From Acidimicrobiia bacterium (GTDB lineage: Bacteria; Actinomycetota; Acidimicrobiia; IMCC26256; JACDBD01): 34,004 nt of DNA. Under the pieces are notes generated by a model. It did not search any database. It saw nothing but the letters and a program-made list of their open reading frames with translations, and was not told the DNA's origin. A program made the position numbers and the translations under genes. The stretch is taken from positions 1 through 34,004 of the forward strand of contig DATFPZ010000150.1 in assembly GCA_035264545.1 (NCBI GenBank). Reading direction: 5' to 3'. Positions 14,434 through 23,005 of this stretch are shown here, in pieces; positions within the stretch are counted from its first letter, which is position 1; every line of letters begins with the position of its first letter.

Positions 14434-15011
14434 ACGATGCCGTGGAGGCAGAAGCTGACGGCCGCCTCGGTCGTGCGGTCGACGGGCTCGTTGCGATCGA
14501 AGACGTAGGTGCGGGTCAGCTGGTTGCACGCGCCGACGATCGCCTCCGCCAGCATCTCGGGGTTCTGGTCCGCGACGAGGCCGTCGACGATGGCCTCTTT
14601 GATGTGCCGCACCGCGTCGGCGATGGCGACGTCGTGGTTGCGGCGCAGCACAGGCGCGAACCGCTCGTCGCTGGCCGCGAACTGGAACAGCGTGAAGTAC
14701 TTGCGGTGCTCGAGGAACCACTCGATCGTGGCGCGGATGCCGAGCTCGATCCGCAGGACCGGGTTGGGCTCGTCGCCGATCGCCTGCTGCTGCCGGCGGC
14801 GCAGGTCCTGGTGCGAGTCGCGCAGGATCTCCGCCAGCAGCTCCTCCTTCGAGGAGAAGTACCAGTAGAAGACACCCTTCCCGACGCCGAGGCTCTCCAC
14901 GATGTCGGAGACCGACGTCGGGTGGTACCCGCGCTCGGCGAAGAGCCCGGCCGCGTGCTCCATGAGCTGGCCCCGCCGGTCCTTCCCCCGTTGCGTGAGC
15001 TTCCGCCGCAT
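14424..15011 (-). CDS. TetR/AcrR-family transcriptional regulator
   Basis: ATG 15011 is directly preceded by GGGAGAAGG. HTH region: RGQLMEHAAGLFAERGYHPTSVSDIVESLGVGKGVFYWYFSSKEELL. The longer ORF-track starts (15149, 15068) would place the promoter and operator inside the gene. Confidence 0.85.
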   Translation of the reverse strand: MRRKLTQRGKDRRGQLMEHAAGLFAERGYHPTSVSDIVESLGVGKGVFYWYFSSKEELLAEILRDSHQDLRRRQQQAIGDEPNPVLRIELGIRATIEWFLEHRKYFTLFQFAASDERFAPVLRRNHDVAIADAVRHIKEAIVDGLVADQNPEMLAEAIVGACNQLTRTYVFDRNEPVDRTTEAAVSFCLHGIVGK

Positions 15012-15047
15012 CCTTCTCCCTGTCACGGTGCCGCGCCCGGCGGGGGG

Positions 15048-15076
15048 AGGGTACGAGCACTTGACCATTTGGTCAA
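15048..15076 (-). promoter_or_regulatory. tetR promoter TTGACC-17 nt-TACCCT overlapped by the perfect 16-bp palindrome TTGACCATTTGGTCAA (15061-15076)
   Basis: On the minus strand: TTGACC (15076-15071), a 17-nt spacer, then TACCCT (15053-15048, TANNNT). The palindrome (7-2-7) covers the -35 and part of the spacer. It lies in the divergent region between tetR and plsC. Confidence 0.55.
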
Positions 15077-15166
15077 GAACGTTCGACTCGGGACAGAGAA
15101 GGGGAGCTTCGTTCGCTCCGCCGTCTGCTTGTCCGTAAGCTCGCCGCAAGCGGTCCGGGGGGAGCA

Positions 15167-15883
15167 GTGCTCTACTGGCTCATCAAGGCGATCCTCACGC
15201 CGATCCTGCGCGTCTTCTACCGGGTGCGGATCGACGGTCGGGACCACGTGCCGGCGCAGGGCCCCGTGATCCTCGCCGCCAACCACCGGTCGTTCATGGA
15301 CTCGCTGTTCCTGCCGCTCGTCATCCGGCGGCGGGTGACGTTCGTCGCCAAGGCCGAGTACTTCGACAACAAGAAGACGGCGTGGTTCTTCCGCGGGGTG
15401 GGCCAGATCCCGATCCGTCGCGAAGGCGGGAGCGCGAGCGAACGGGCCCTCGCGTCGGCGACCGAGGTGCTCGAGGGTGGCCAGGTGTTCGGCATCTACC
15501 CCGAGGGCACCCGTACCCGGGACGGCTACCTCCATCGCGGCCACACGGGCGTCGCCCGTCTGGCGTTGCGCACCGGTGCGCCGATCGTGCCCATCGGGAT
15601 GACCGGCACCGACGAGATCAACCCGATCGGCCGGAAGCTCCCGCGCCTGTTCCGTACGGTGCGGATCCACTTCGGCGCGCCGATCACCGCCGACCGCTAC
15701 GCCGGGCGCGAGCACGACAAGCTCGTGCTGCGTCAGATCACCGACGAGGTCATGTTCGAGCTGCAGCAGCTGTCCGGCTACGAGTACGTCGACACGTACG
15801 CGACCAAGAAAGCCGAGGACGTGCCGGTCGAGCCGGTCCCGCTGGCCACGCTCGAGGCGGCCCGTCCGGCGGCGGTCGCGTAA
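15167..15883 (+). CDS. plsC: 1-acyl-sn-glycerol-3-phosphate (lysophospholipid) acyltransferase
   Basis: GTG 15167 follows GGGGGGAG. Acyltransferase motifs NHRSFMD (HX4D), FFRGVGQIPIRR, YPEGTRTRDG, PIVPIGMTG. Confidence 0.8.
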   Translation: MLYWLIKAILTPILRVFYRVRIDGRDHVPAQGPVILAANHRSFMDSLFLPLVIRRRVTFVAKAEYFDNKKTAWFFRGVGQIPIRREGGSASERALASATEVLEGGQVFGIYPEGTRTRDGYLHRGHTGVARLALRTGAPIVPIGMTGTDEINPIGRKLPRLFRTVRIHFGAPITADRYAGREHDKLVLRQITDEVMFELQQLSGYEYVDTYATKKAEDVPVEPVPLATLEAARPAAVA

Positions 15884-15887
15884 GCGC

Positions 15888-17390
15888 TCAGCCGGCGTCG
15901 TTCACCCAGCCGCGCGCTCGTTCCACCGCACGGTGCCACTCGTCGCGCTTGCGGGCGACGTCCCCGGCGGGCATCGAAGGTTCGAACACCGATTCCTCGG
16001 CCCAGCTCGCCGCCGCTTCGGACGGCGACGTCCACACTCCCTCGGCCAGGCCGGCGAGGTACGCGGCGCCCAATGCGGTCGTCTCCTTCACGGTGGGTCG
16101 GCGCACGGGCACACCGAGGACATCGGCCTGGAACTGGCAGAGCACGTCCATCACGCTGGCGCCACCGTCGACCCGGAGCTCGGCCGCGGGCGTCCCGCAG
16201 GCGGCTGTGATCGCGTCGACGACGTCGCGCGTCTGCCACGCCATCGACTCGACCACCGAACGCGCGATCTGCGCGCGACCCGAGCCGCGGGTGAGCCCGA
16301 ACACCGAGCCGCGCGCGTACGAGTCCCACCACGGGGATCCGAGCCCGGTGAACGCGGGGACGAACACGACGCCGCCGCTGTCCTCGACGCTGGCGGCGAG
16401 CGGTCCGGTCTCGGCGGCGTCGTCGATGATGCCGATGCCGTCGCGCAGCCACTGGATCGCGGCCCCGGTGACGAAGATCGCCCCTTCCATCACGTACGCG
16501 ATGTCGTCGCCGCCCAGATCCCACGCCACGCTGGTCAGGAGGCCCTCGGTCGGAGGCGGGTGCGTCGGACCGAGGTTCATGAGCACGAACGAGCCGGTGC
16601 CGTACGTGTTCTTCGTCATGCCCGTCTCGAAGCACGCCTGCCCGAACAGCGCCGCCTGCTGATCACCGGCGATGCCGCTCACGGGCACGTCGAGCCCGGC
16701 GGCGTGCTCGGGGGTCGTCACCCCGAACCGCCCGCTGCTGGGCCGGGCCTCCGGGAGGCACGAGCGCGGGACGCCGAACAGCGCGCACAGCTCGTCGGAC
16801 CAGCCGCGCGCGTCGATGTCGTACAGGAGCGTGCGGCTGGCGTTCGAGGGGTCGGTCGCGTGCACGCCGCCGTCGGGCCCGCCGGTGAGACGCCAGAGGA
16901 TCCAGCTGTCGACAGTGCCGAACGCGAGATCCGGTCCACCGTCGACGCCGCCGTCGGTGAGCAGCCATTCCAGCTTGGTGGCCGAGAAGTAGGAGTCGAG
17001 GACGAGTCCGGTCCGCTCGCGGATGAGGGGCTCGATTCCTTCGGCCCGGAGCTCGTCGCACCGTCCGGCCGTGCGTCGGTCCTGCCAGACGATGGCGCGG
17101 TGCAACGGCCGGCCCGTGCGCCGGTCCCACACGACGGCGGTCTCGCGCTGGTTCGTGATCCCGATCGCGGCGACCGAGTGGCCGGTGTCCGCCAGCTTGG
17201 ACTGCACCTCGGCGAGCGTCTCGAGCGTCGCCGTCCAGATCTCGTCCGGGTCGTGCTCGACCCAACCCGGCTGCGGGAAGTGTTGCGCGAACTCACGGTA
17301 CGACCAGCCGATGGGGGTGCCGTGCTCGTCGACCGCGAACGCGCGCACGCCCGTGGTGCCGGCGTCTATCGCCAGGCAGACGCTCACCAC
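15888..17390 (-). CDS. glpK: glycerol kinase
   Basis: LAIDAGTTGVRAF, HFPQPGWVEHDP, ITNQRET, GIAGDQQAALFGQ, KNTYGTGSF and 500 aa: an unambiguous FGGY/GlpK pattern. Convergent with plsC, only 4 nt apart. Confidence 0.95.
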   Translation of the reverse strand: MVSVCLAIDAGTTGVRAFAVDEHGTPIGWSYREFAQHFPQPGWVEHDPDEIWTATLETLAEVQSKLADTGHSVAAIGITNQRETAVVWDRRTGRPLHRAIVWQDRRTAGRCDELRAEGIEPLIRERTGLVLDSYFSATKLEWLLTDGGVDGGPDLAFGTVDSWILWRLTGGPDGGVHATDPSNASRTLLYDIDARGWSDELCALFGVPRSCLPEARPSSGRFGVTTPEHAAGLDVPVSGIAGDQQAALFGQACFETGMTKNTYGTGSFVLMNLGPTHPPPTEGLLTSVAWDLGGDDIAYVMEGAIFVTGAAIQWLRDGIGIIDDAAETGPLAASVEDSGGVVFVPAFTGLGSPWWDSYARGSVFGLTRGSGRAQIARSVVESMAWQTRDVVDAITAACGTPAAELRVDGGASVMDVLCQFQADVLGVPVRRPTVKETTALGAAYLAGLAEGVWTSPSEAAASWAEESVFEPSMPAGDVARKRDEWHRAVERARGWVNDAG

Positions 17391-17806
17391 TCGGCGACGT
17401 CGGACGGGCGGCGCGGTTCCCCGCCGAGCACGTTCACGATCTCGAGCCCGACCTTGCGATCACCAGGGCGGAACTCGAGGGCGATCTCCCGGTCGGCGGC
17501 ATCCCGGATCCGCACCTGGAGCAGGGGCGAGAAGCGACTCGTCTTCTCGAGGGTGAACGAGCTGTGACGCTTGGCGATGAGCATCTCGTCCGCGGTCAAT
17601 GGGTGCCGGCGTCGGGGCGCTCGGAACAGGATCAACCGCTGGTCGGTGAGCGCGACGAAGTACCGGGAGCGGACCCGGAAGAGCAGTGGGACCCGGCCGC
17701 CGCACTCGGCGGCCCAGACTGCGCTGCACGACCGGATGTACTCGCCGCTGCCGAGGGACGGCTTCGTGGCGGCGATGATCTGCTCGCGATCCTGCTTCCG
17801 GCCCAC
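17384..17806 (-). CDS. hypothetical 140-aa cytoplasmic protein (possibly PH-like fold), overlapping the glpK start
   Basis: GTG 17806 follows GGAAGAGG. GC3-rich. The pattern GEYI...VWAA...YFVALTDQRLILF resembles bacterial PH-domain proteins, but I cannot name a family. Its stop overlaps the glpK GTG by 7 nt. Confidence 0.5.
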   Translation of the reverse strand: MGRKQDREQIIAATKPSLGSGEYIRSCSAVWAAECGGRVPLLFRVRSRYFVALTDQRLILFRAPRRRHPLTADEMLIAKRHSSFTLEKTSRFSPLLQVRIRDAADREIALEFRPGDRKVGLEIVNVLGGEPRRPSDVAEW

Positions 17807-17937
17807 GGCGCCTCTTCCGACTCCGCCTCTCGCGCCGAAGGCTACCGGTCACCTCCGAGGCCTTCCGCGCTTCGCTGCCGCTGCGGCAGGATGGACGCGG
17901 CTCCCGCGTGAAGGGAGAGGCGTTGGCGGAGGTGCAG

Positions 17938-18966
17938 ATGCGGATCGGCGTTCTCACCGGCGGCGGTGACTGCCCGGGGCTCAACGCGGTGATCCGCGCC
18001 GTGGTCCGGAAGGGCGAAGGCGTCTACGGGCACAACCTCGTAGGGTTCCGTCACGGCTGGCGTGGCGTCATCGACCTGGAGACGGTCGACCTGACGACCG
18101 CCAACACCCGGGGACTGCTCCACCGTGGCGGCACGATCCTCGGAAGCTCGCGCACGAACCCGTACAAGACGGAGGATGGTGTCGCGCGCGTGCACGACAC
18201 GATCGAACGCGAGCGGATCGACGCGCTGATCGCGATCGGCGGCGAAGACACGCTCGGCGTCGCCGCCAAGCTCGGCGCCGACGGCGTGAATCTGGTGGGC
18301 GTGCCGAAGACCATCGACAACGACCTGTCGGCTACGGACTTCACGTTCGGGTTCAACACGGCGGTGCAGATCGCCACCGACGCCATCGACCGTCTTCACA
18401 CGACGGCGGAGAGCCACGACCGCGTCATGGTCGTCGAGGTGATGGGCCGGCACGCCGGTTGGATCGCCACGTACTCGGGAATTGCCGGCGGAGGTGACGT
18501 CATCCTCATCCCCGAGGAGCCGTTCGACATCGGCGAGGTGTGCGACCGCATCCGGCACCGTCACCGACGGGGCGCCAACTTCTCGATCGTCGTGGTGGCG
18601 GAAGGCGCGGTGCCGGTCGAGGGAACGATGGCGCTCCAGTCCGGCGAGGTCGACGAGTTCGGTCACGTGCGCCTGGGCGGGATCAGCAACGACCTCGCGC
18701 GCGAGATCGAGCAGCGGACAGGCTTCGAGACGCGCGTCACGATCTTGGGTCACGTGCTGCGCGGTGGCACACCGACCGCGTACGACCGGGTCCTCGCTAC
18801 CCGCTTCGGCATCGAAGCCATCGACGCCGTGAACGACGGGCAGTTCGGCATCATGGTCGCGTTGCACGCCTCGGAGATCATCCGCGTCCCGATCGAAGCC
18901 GGCGTGCGTGAGCTCAAGACCGTCGATCCCAACCTGTACGACGTGGCCAGCGTGTTCTTCGGCTGA
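17938..18966 (+). CDS. pfk: 6-phosphofructokinase (actinobacterial PfkA clade; residue signature suggests PPi dependence)
   Basis: ATG 17938 lies 5 nt after GGAGG. MRIGVLTGGGDCPGLNAVIRAVV, IAIGGEDTLGVA, GVPKTIDNDL, MGRHAGWIA, LGHVLRGGTPTAYDR. 342 aa. Confidence 0.9.
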   Translation: MRIGVLTGGGDCPGLNAVIRAVVRKGEGVYGHNLVGFRHGWRGVIDLETVDLTTANTRGLLHRGGTILGSSRTNPYKTEDGVARVHDTIERERIDALIAIGGEDTLGVAAKLGADGVNLVGVPKTIDNDLSATDFTFGFNTAVQIATDAIDRLHTTAESHDRVMVVEVMGRHAGWIATYSGIAGGGDVILIPEEPFDIGEVCDRIRHRHRRGANFSIVVVAEGAVPVEGTMALQSGEVDEFGHVRLGGISNDLAREIEQRTGFETRVTILGHVLRGGTPTAYDRVLATRFGIEAIDAVNDGQFGIMVALHASEIIRVPIEAGVRELKTVDPNLYDVASVFFG

Positions 18967-18967
18967 C

Positions 18968-18996
18968 CCGTCGCGCGTAGCATCCCCGCGCGGCGG
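18968..18996 (+). terminator. GC-rich hairpin directly after pfk (10-bp stem, 9-nt loop, no U-tract)
   Basis: CCGTCGCGCG (18968-18977) pairs with CGCGCGGCGG (18987-18996), with one G-U pair. It starts 2 nt after the pfk stop. Confidence 0.35.
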
Positions 18997-19010
18997 CGAC
19001 AGGAGGGACT

Positions 19011-19877
19011 GTGGGTGACGCGCTCGACGAGCTGCTGGCGCTGCTCGAGCTCGAGGCGCTCGAGGTCAACCTCTTCCGGGGGCTGAGTCCGCACGAGGAC
19101 CGCCAGCGTGTGTTCGGCGGGCAGGTCGCGGCGCAGGCACTCGTCGCCGCCGGTCGCACGGTCGGTGAAGACCGACCAGTGCACTCGCTTCATGCGTACT
19201 TCCTGCGGCCCGGCGATCCGAACATCCCGATCGTGTACGAGGTCGACCGCATCCGCGACGGGAAGAGCTTCACCACCCGGCGGGTCGTGGCGATCCAGCA
19301 CGGGCGCGCGATCTTCAACCTGGCGGCCTCGTTCCAGATCGTCGAGAACGGTCCCGATCACCAGATGACGATGCCGACCGTCCCCGATCCCGACGAGCTC
19401 CCCACGTGGCAGCAGCGCGTGGAGCCGTACCTCGAGCGCGTGGGGCCCGACCTCGCGCAGTGGCTCGTCCGCGAGCGGCCGATCGACTCTCGGCCGGTCG
19501 ACGACCCCCGCTGGCTCGACCCGACGCCGCGGGAGCCGCAGCAGAACGTCTGGATCAGGTCGAACGGCGAACTGCCGGAGGTGCCGCTCATCCACGAGTG
19601 CGTCGTCGCCTACGCGTCCGACCTGACCCTGCTCGACACCGCGATGTTCCCGCACGCGATCTCGTACCGCGAGCAGCAGCACATGATCGCCAGCCTCGAC
19701 CACGCGATGTGGTTCCACCGCCCGTTCCGGGCCGACGACTGGCTCCTGTACCACCAGACGAGCCCGACGGCGTCGCACGCACGCGGGTTGGCGCAAGGCT
19801 CGATCTTCTGCCGCGACGGCACGCTCGCGATCACCGTGATCCAGGAGGGGCTCATCCGCCCGATCGCGAGCCCGTAA
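19011..19877 (+). CDS. tesB: acyl-CoA thioesterase II
   Basis: GTG 19011 follows AGGAGG (19001-19006). LLELEALEVNLFRG, VFGGQVAAQAL, HSLHAYFLRPGDP..PIVYEVDRIRDGKSFTTRRV, SLDHAMWFHRP: the double-hotdog TesB pattern. Confidence 0.9.
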   Translation: MGDALDELLALLELEALEVNLFRGLSPHEDRQRVFGGQVAAQALVAAGRTVGEDRPVHSLHAYFLRPGDPNIPIVYEVDRIRDGKSFTTRRVVAIQHGRAIFNLAASFQIVENGPDHQMTMPTVPDPDELPTWQQRVEPYLERVGPDLAQWLVRERPIDSRPVDDPRWLDPTPREPQQNVWIRSNGELPEVPLIHECVVAYASDLTLLDTAMFPHAISYREQQHMIASLDHAMWFHRPFRADDWLLYHQTSPTASHARGLAQGSIFCRDGTLAITVIQEGLIRPIASP

Positions 19878-19899
19878 CCGGCACGTAGCCCGCGCGGGC

Positions 19900-19924
19900 G
19901 GCGGCGGCTTTACCGACCGCCGCC
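19900..19924 (+). terminator. hairpin after tesB (GGCGGCGG / CCGCCGCC, 9-nt loop, no U-tract)
   Basis: The 8-bp perfect stem 19900-19907 / 19917-19924 lies 23 nt after the tesB stop. Confidence 0.3.
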
Positions 19925-19964
19925 ACAAAGCCGGAGCTTGCGACGGCGCCCATAGGATGAGCGC

Positions 19965-21002
19965 ATGGCTTCGCCGGACGGGCGCATCGACCTTCGTTCG
20001 GACACGGTCACGACGCCGACGCCCGAGATGCGTCGCGCCATGGCCGACGCCGAGGTCGGCGACGACGTGTACGGCGAGGACCCGACGATCAACCGCTTCC
20101 AGGACCGGGCCGCAGAGCTGCTCGGGAAGGAGGCGGCCCTGTACGTACCGTCGGGGACGATGGCGAATCAGCTCGCGCTGCGGGTGCTCGCCCGGCCGGG
20201 CACCGAGGTGTTGTGCGCGGAGCGTGCGCACGTGTTCCGGTACGAGGCGGCCGCGGCGGCGTGGAACTCCGCCGTGCAGCTGCACACGCTCCCCGACGAC
20301 GACGGGCTCCTCGACACGCACACCCTCGCCGACACAATCGAGGACGGCAGACACCACTCGGCGGCGGTGTCGCTGGTTGCGATCGAGAACACGCACATGG
20401 CGAGCTGTGGCCGACCGTGGCGCGTCGACGAAGTGAGAGCGGTCGCAGGTGTTGCGGATTCGCGCGATATCCCCGTCTTCTGCGACGGGGCGCGGATCTG
20501 GAACGCGTCGGTCGCGCTCGGCGTGCCCGCCCGGAAGCTCGCGGCGCCGGCGACGGCAGTGATGTTCTGCGTGTCGAAGGGGCTCGGCGCGCCCGTGGGT
20601 TCGGTGTTGTGCGGATCGCGCGACGTGATCGCAGTCGCACGCGAGCATCGCCAGCGGCTCGGCGGCGCGATGCGCCAGGCGGGTGTGATCGCGGCGGCGG
20701 GGCTCGTGGCGCTCGACACGATGATCGAGCGCCTGGCCGACGACCACCGGCGCGCGCGCCGGCTCGCCGAGCTCCTCGCCGAGCACTGGCCGGGATCCGT
20801 CGCGCCCGCGGCCGTCCAGACGAACATCGTGTGCGCCGTTGCCGACCGCCTTCCCCGCGATCTGCTGTCACGGCTCGACGCCGACGGCATCCGCGGCGGC
20901 ACGATCGATGCTCGTACAGTACGGTTCGCCACCCACAAGGACGTCGACGACGCCGATCTCGAGCGAGTTCTCAAGACGCTCGCGGGCGTCGCGCGCGACT
21001 AG
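19965..21002 (+). CDS. ltaE: low-specificity L-threonine aldolase
   Basis: [40 protein letters not shown], and the PLP lysine in [13 protein letters not shown]. 345 aa. Confidence 0.85.
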   Translation: MASPDGRIDLRSDTVTTPTPEMRRAMADAEVGDDVYGEDPTINRFQDRAAELLGKEAALYVPSGTMANQLALRVLARPGTEVLCAERAHVFRYEAAAAAWNSAVQLHTLPDDDGLLDTHTLADTIEDGRHHSAAVSLVAIENTHMASCGRPWRVDEVRAVAGVADSRDIPVFCDGARIWNASVALGVPARKLAAPATAVMFCVSKGLGAPVGSVLCGSRDVIAVAREHRQRLGGAMRQAGVIAAAGLVALDTMIERLADDHRRARRLAELLAEHWPGSVAPAAVQTNIVCAVADRLPRDLLSRLDADGIRGGTIDARTVRFATHKDVDDADLERVLKTLAGVARD

Positions 21003-21017
21003 GAGCAGAGGAGAAAC

Positions 21018-21815
21018 ATGGCACGGGTTCTCATCACCGGGTGCTCGAGCGGCTTCGGTCGCGCCGCCGCCGTCGAGCTCACGAAGCGGGGCCACGAGGT
21101 GCTGGCGACCGCCCGGCGTCCCGAGACGCTGGACGACCTCGACGTGACCGAGAAGCTGCGACTCGACGTCGACGACGACTCGTCGGTCGCTGCCGCGGTG
21201 GCCAGCGCCGGAACCGTCGACGCGTTGGTCAACAACGCGGGATATGGGATCCAAGGCGCGATCGAACGGATTCCGATCGACGAGATCCGGCGGATGTTCG
21301 AGACCAACGTCCTCGGCGCGGTGCGCATGATCCAGGCCGTGCTGCCCCAGATGCGTGAGCGGGGGAGTGGCACGATCGTGAACGTCACGTCGCTCGCCGG
21401 CCTGGTCACGGGACCGATCGGCGGAACGTACGCGGCGACCAAGCACGCGCTCGAAGCCGTGTCCGAGGCCCTGCACTACGAGGTCGGGCACTTCGGCGTG
21501 CGCGTCGCCGTCATCGAGCCAGGATTCTTCGAGACCGAGTTCCAGGGAAAGGAGCCGCGTTTCGGCCTCGACGACCCGCCCTACGACCAGCTCGACCGCG
21601 AGTGGTCCGTGGCATTCGAGAAGCTGCGCGGTGGCGAGACGCCGTCGGGCGCCGAGCCCGTCGCCCACGTGATCGCGGACGCCGTCGAAGGCACCCAGGA
21701 GAGGCTGCGCTGGCCGATCGGCGCCGACGCCGACATGGTGCTCGCCGCGCGCACGACGATGGACGACGCGACGTTCGAGGCGACCATGCGGAGCGTGCTC
21801 GAGCTCACCTGGTAG
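21018..21815 (+). CDS. short-chain dehydrogenase/reductase (SDR)
   Basis: GAGGAG lies 4 nt upstream of ATG 21018. VLITGCSSGFGRA (TGxxxGxG), NNAGYG, YAATKHALEA (YxxxK). Confidence 0.85.
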   Translation: MARVLITGCSSGFGRAAAVELTKRGHEVLATARRPETLDDLDVTEKLRLDVDDDSSVAAAVASAGTVDALVNNAGYGIQGAIERIPIDEIRRMFETNVLGAVRMIQAVLPQMRERGSGTIVNVTSLAGLVTGPIGGTYAATKHALEAVSEALHYEVGHFGVRVAVIEPGFFETEFQGKEPRFGLDDPPYDQLDREWSVAFEKLRGGETPSGAEPVAHVIADAVEGTQERLRWPIGADADMVLAARTTMDDATFEATMRSVLELTW

Positions 21816-21862
21816 CCGCGCCGGGTCAGCGTGCGGTTGCGCCCATTACCCTGGGGTGTTGG

Positions 21863-22582
21863 ATGCCGATCGACGGGGAGACTCCGGCCAGCGCACTGGC
21901 CGTCTATGGGCATCCGGACGACCCCGAGATCTCGGCGGGCGGCACGCTGGCGTCGTGGGCCGAAGCCGGCGCCGACGTGTCGGTGCTCATCACGACCCGG
22001 GGCGACAAGGGAACCCAGGATCCCGACGCCGATCTCGCGAAGCTGGCGCGGCTCCGGGTGGAGGAGACGGCGAAAGCCGCCGCGCTGTTGGGATTCGCCG
22101 GGCACTACCACCTCGGCTACCACGACGGCGAGCTGCCGGACGACCAGGAGCTGCGCGCGGCCATCACCCGCTACGTGCGGGAGCTCCGACCCCAGGTCGT
22201 GCTGTGCCCGGACCCGACGGCGGTGTTCTTCGGCGACCGGTACTTCAACCACCACGACCACCGCGTCACGGGCTGGGCGACGCTCGACGCCGTCGCGCCC
22301 GCGGCCGGCAACCCGCACTACTTCGCCGACCACCTCACCGAGGGTCTCGACGTGCATCACGTCCAGGCCGTGTACCTCTCGGGGACGCTGGAGCCGAACT
22401 GCTGGGTCGACATCAGCAACACGCTCGAGCACAAGATCGACGCGCTCTTCTGCCACGCCAGTCAGCTCACGGAGACCGGCGAGTGGTTCCGCCAGTTCCT
22501 GCGCGACCGCGCCGAGGAGGCGGGGCGCGAAGCCGGCGTCGCCTACGCCGAGGGCTTCCGACGCCTGAGCTTCGGCGGCTGA
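21863..22582 (+). CDS. PIG-L/LmbE-family N-acetylglucosaminyl deacetylase
   Basis: ATG 21863. LAVYGHPDDPEISAGGTL, ITTRGDKG, HHDH and DHRVTGWA match the zinc-binding motifs of the MshB/Mca/LmbE family. The longer ORF-track start (21602) overlaps the SDR gene. Confidence 0.8.
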   Translation: MPIDGETPASALAVYGHPDDPEISAGGTLASWAEAGADVSVLITTRGDKGTQDPDADLAKLARLRVEETAKAAALLGFAGHYHLGYHDGELPDDQELRAAITRYVRELRPQVVLCPDPTAVFFGDRYFNHHDHRVTGWATLDAVAPAAGNPHYFADHLTEGLDVHHVQAVYLSGTLEPNCWVDISNTLEHKIDALFCHASQLTETGEWFRQFLRDRAEEAGREAGVAYAEGFRRLSFGG

Positions 22583-22591
22583 CTGTTCTGG

Positions 22592-22626
22592 CGTCAACTA
22601 CATGCCTCTATGGCACGTAGTTGACG
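22592..22626. terminator. 15-bp hairpin between convergent genes (AT-richer than the surroundings)
   Basis: CGTCAACTACATGCC (22592-22606), loop TCTAT, GGCACGTAGTTGACG (22612-22626). The single A/C mismatch on the + transcript becomes a U-G pair on the minus transcript. There is no U-tract on either side. Confidence 0.5.
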
Positions 22627-22637
22627 TAAACAGACCA

Positions 22638-22946
22638 TTAGCGGGCGCGCTTGCCGCCGCGCTGCCACTCGGCCATGGCCCGCAACACGAGCACGGCGAC
22701 GATGCCGACACCCACCGCGCCGGCGAGCGCCCCGACCACGAGCCCGGCGACGACCGCGACGCCGCAGTCGTCCGAGCAGCCGAGGTCTACGAGGCCGTAC
22801 CCGATGATGCCGCCAAACGCGCCGGCGAGCACGACGCTCAGGAACGCGAGGACGTACGCGCCACGAGACGGAAGCCCGGCGGGAACGAGCGACTCGCCGG
22901 CCTCACCCGGGTCGCCCGCACCGTTGCTCGTCGGTTCGTCGTCCAT
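22638..22946 (-). CDS. small membrane protein (two Gly/Ala-rich TM helices), function unknown
   Basis: AYVLAFLSVVLAGAFGGIIGYGLV and VAVVAGLVVGALAGAVGVGIVAVLVL. ATG 22946 is preferred because codons between 22947 and 22991 are unusually A/T-ending. ATG 22991 is the alternative. Confidence 0.5.
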   Translation of the reverse strand: MDDEPTSNGAGDPGEAGESLVPAGLPSRGAYVLAFLSVVLAGAFGGIIGYGLVDLGCSDDCGVAVVAGLVVGALAGAVGVGIVAVLVLRAMAEWQRGGKRAR

Positions 22947-23005
22947 CAAGCGGGATCGTACGGCGGTCGACGGCTTGCCAACCATGCGCATGCCACACTG
23001 ACGGG

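Noticed and set aside
13362-15269. A 635-aa plus-strand ORF running through the aminotransferase (out of frame), the tetR region and into plsC.
   Set aside because: It crosses three independently supported genes and an intergenic promoter region. The translation is Arg/Pro-rich nonsense.
18750-20786. A 678-aa minus-strand ORF opposite pfk, tesB and ltaE.
   Set aside because: It is a shadow ORF. All three plus-strand genes have unmistakable family motifs and ribosome-binding sites, and the antisense product has none.
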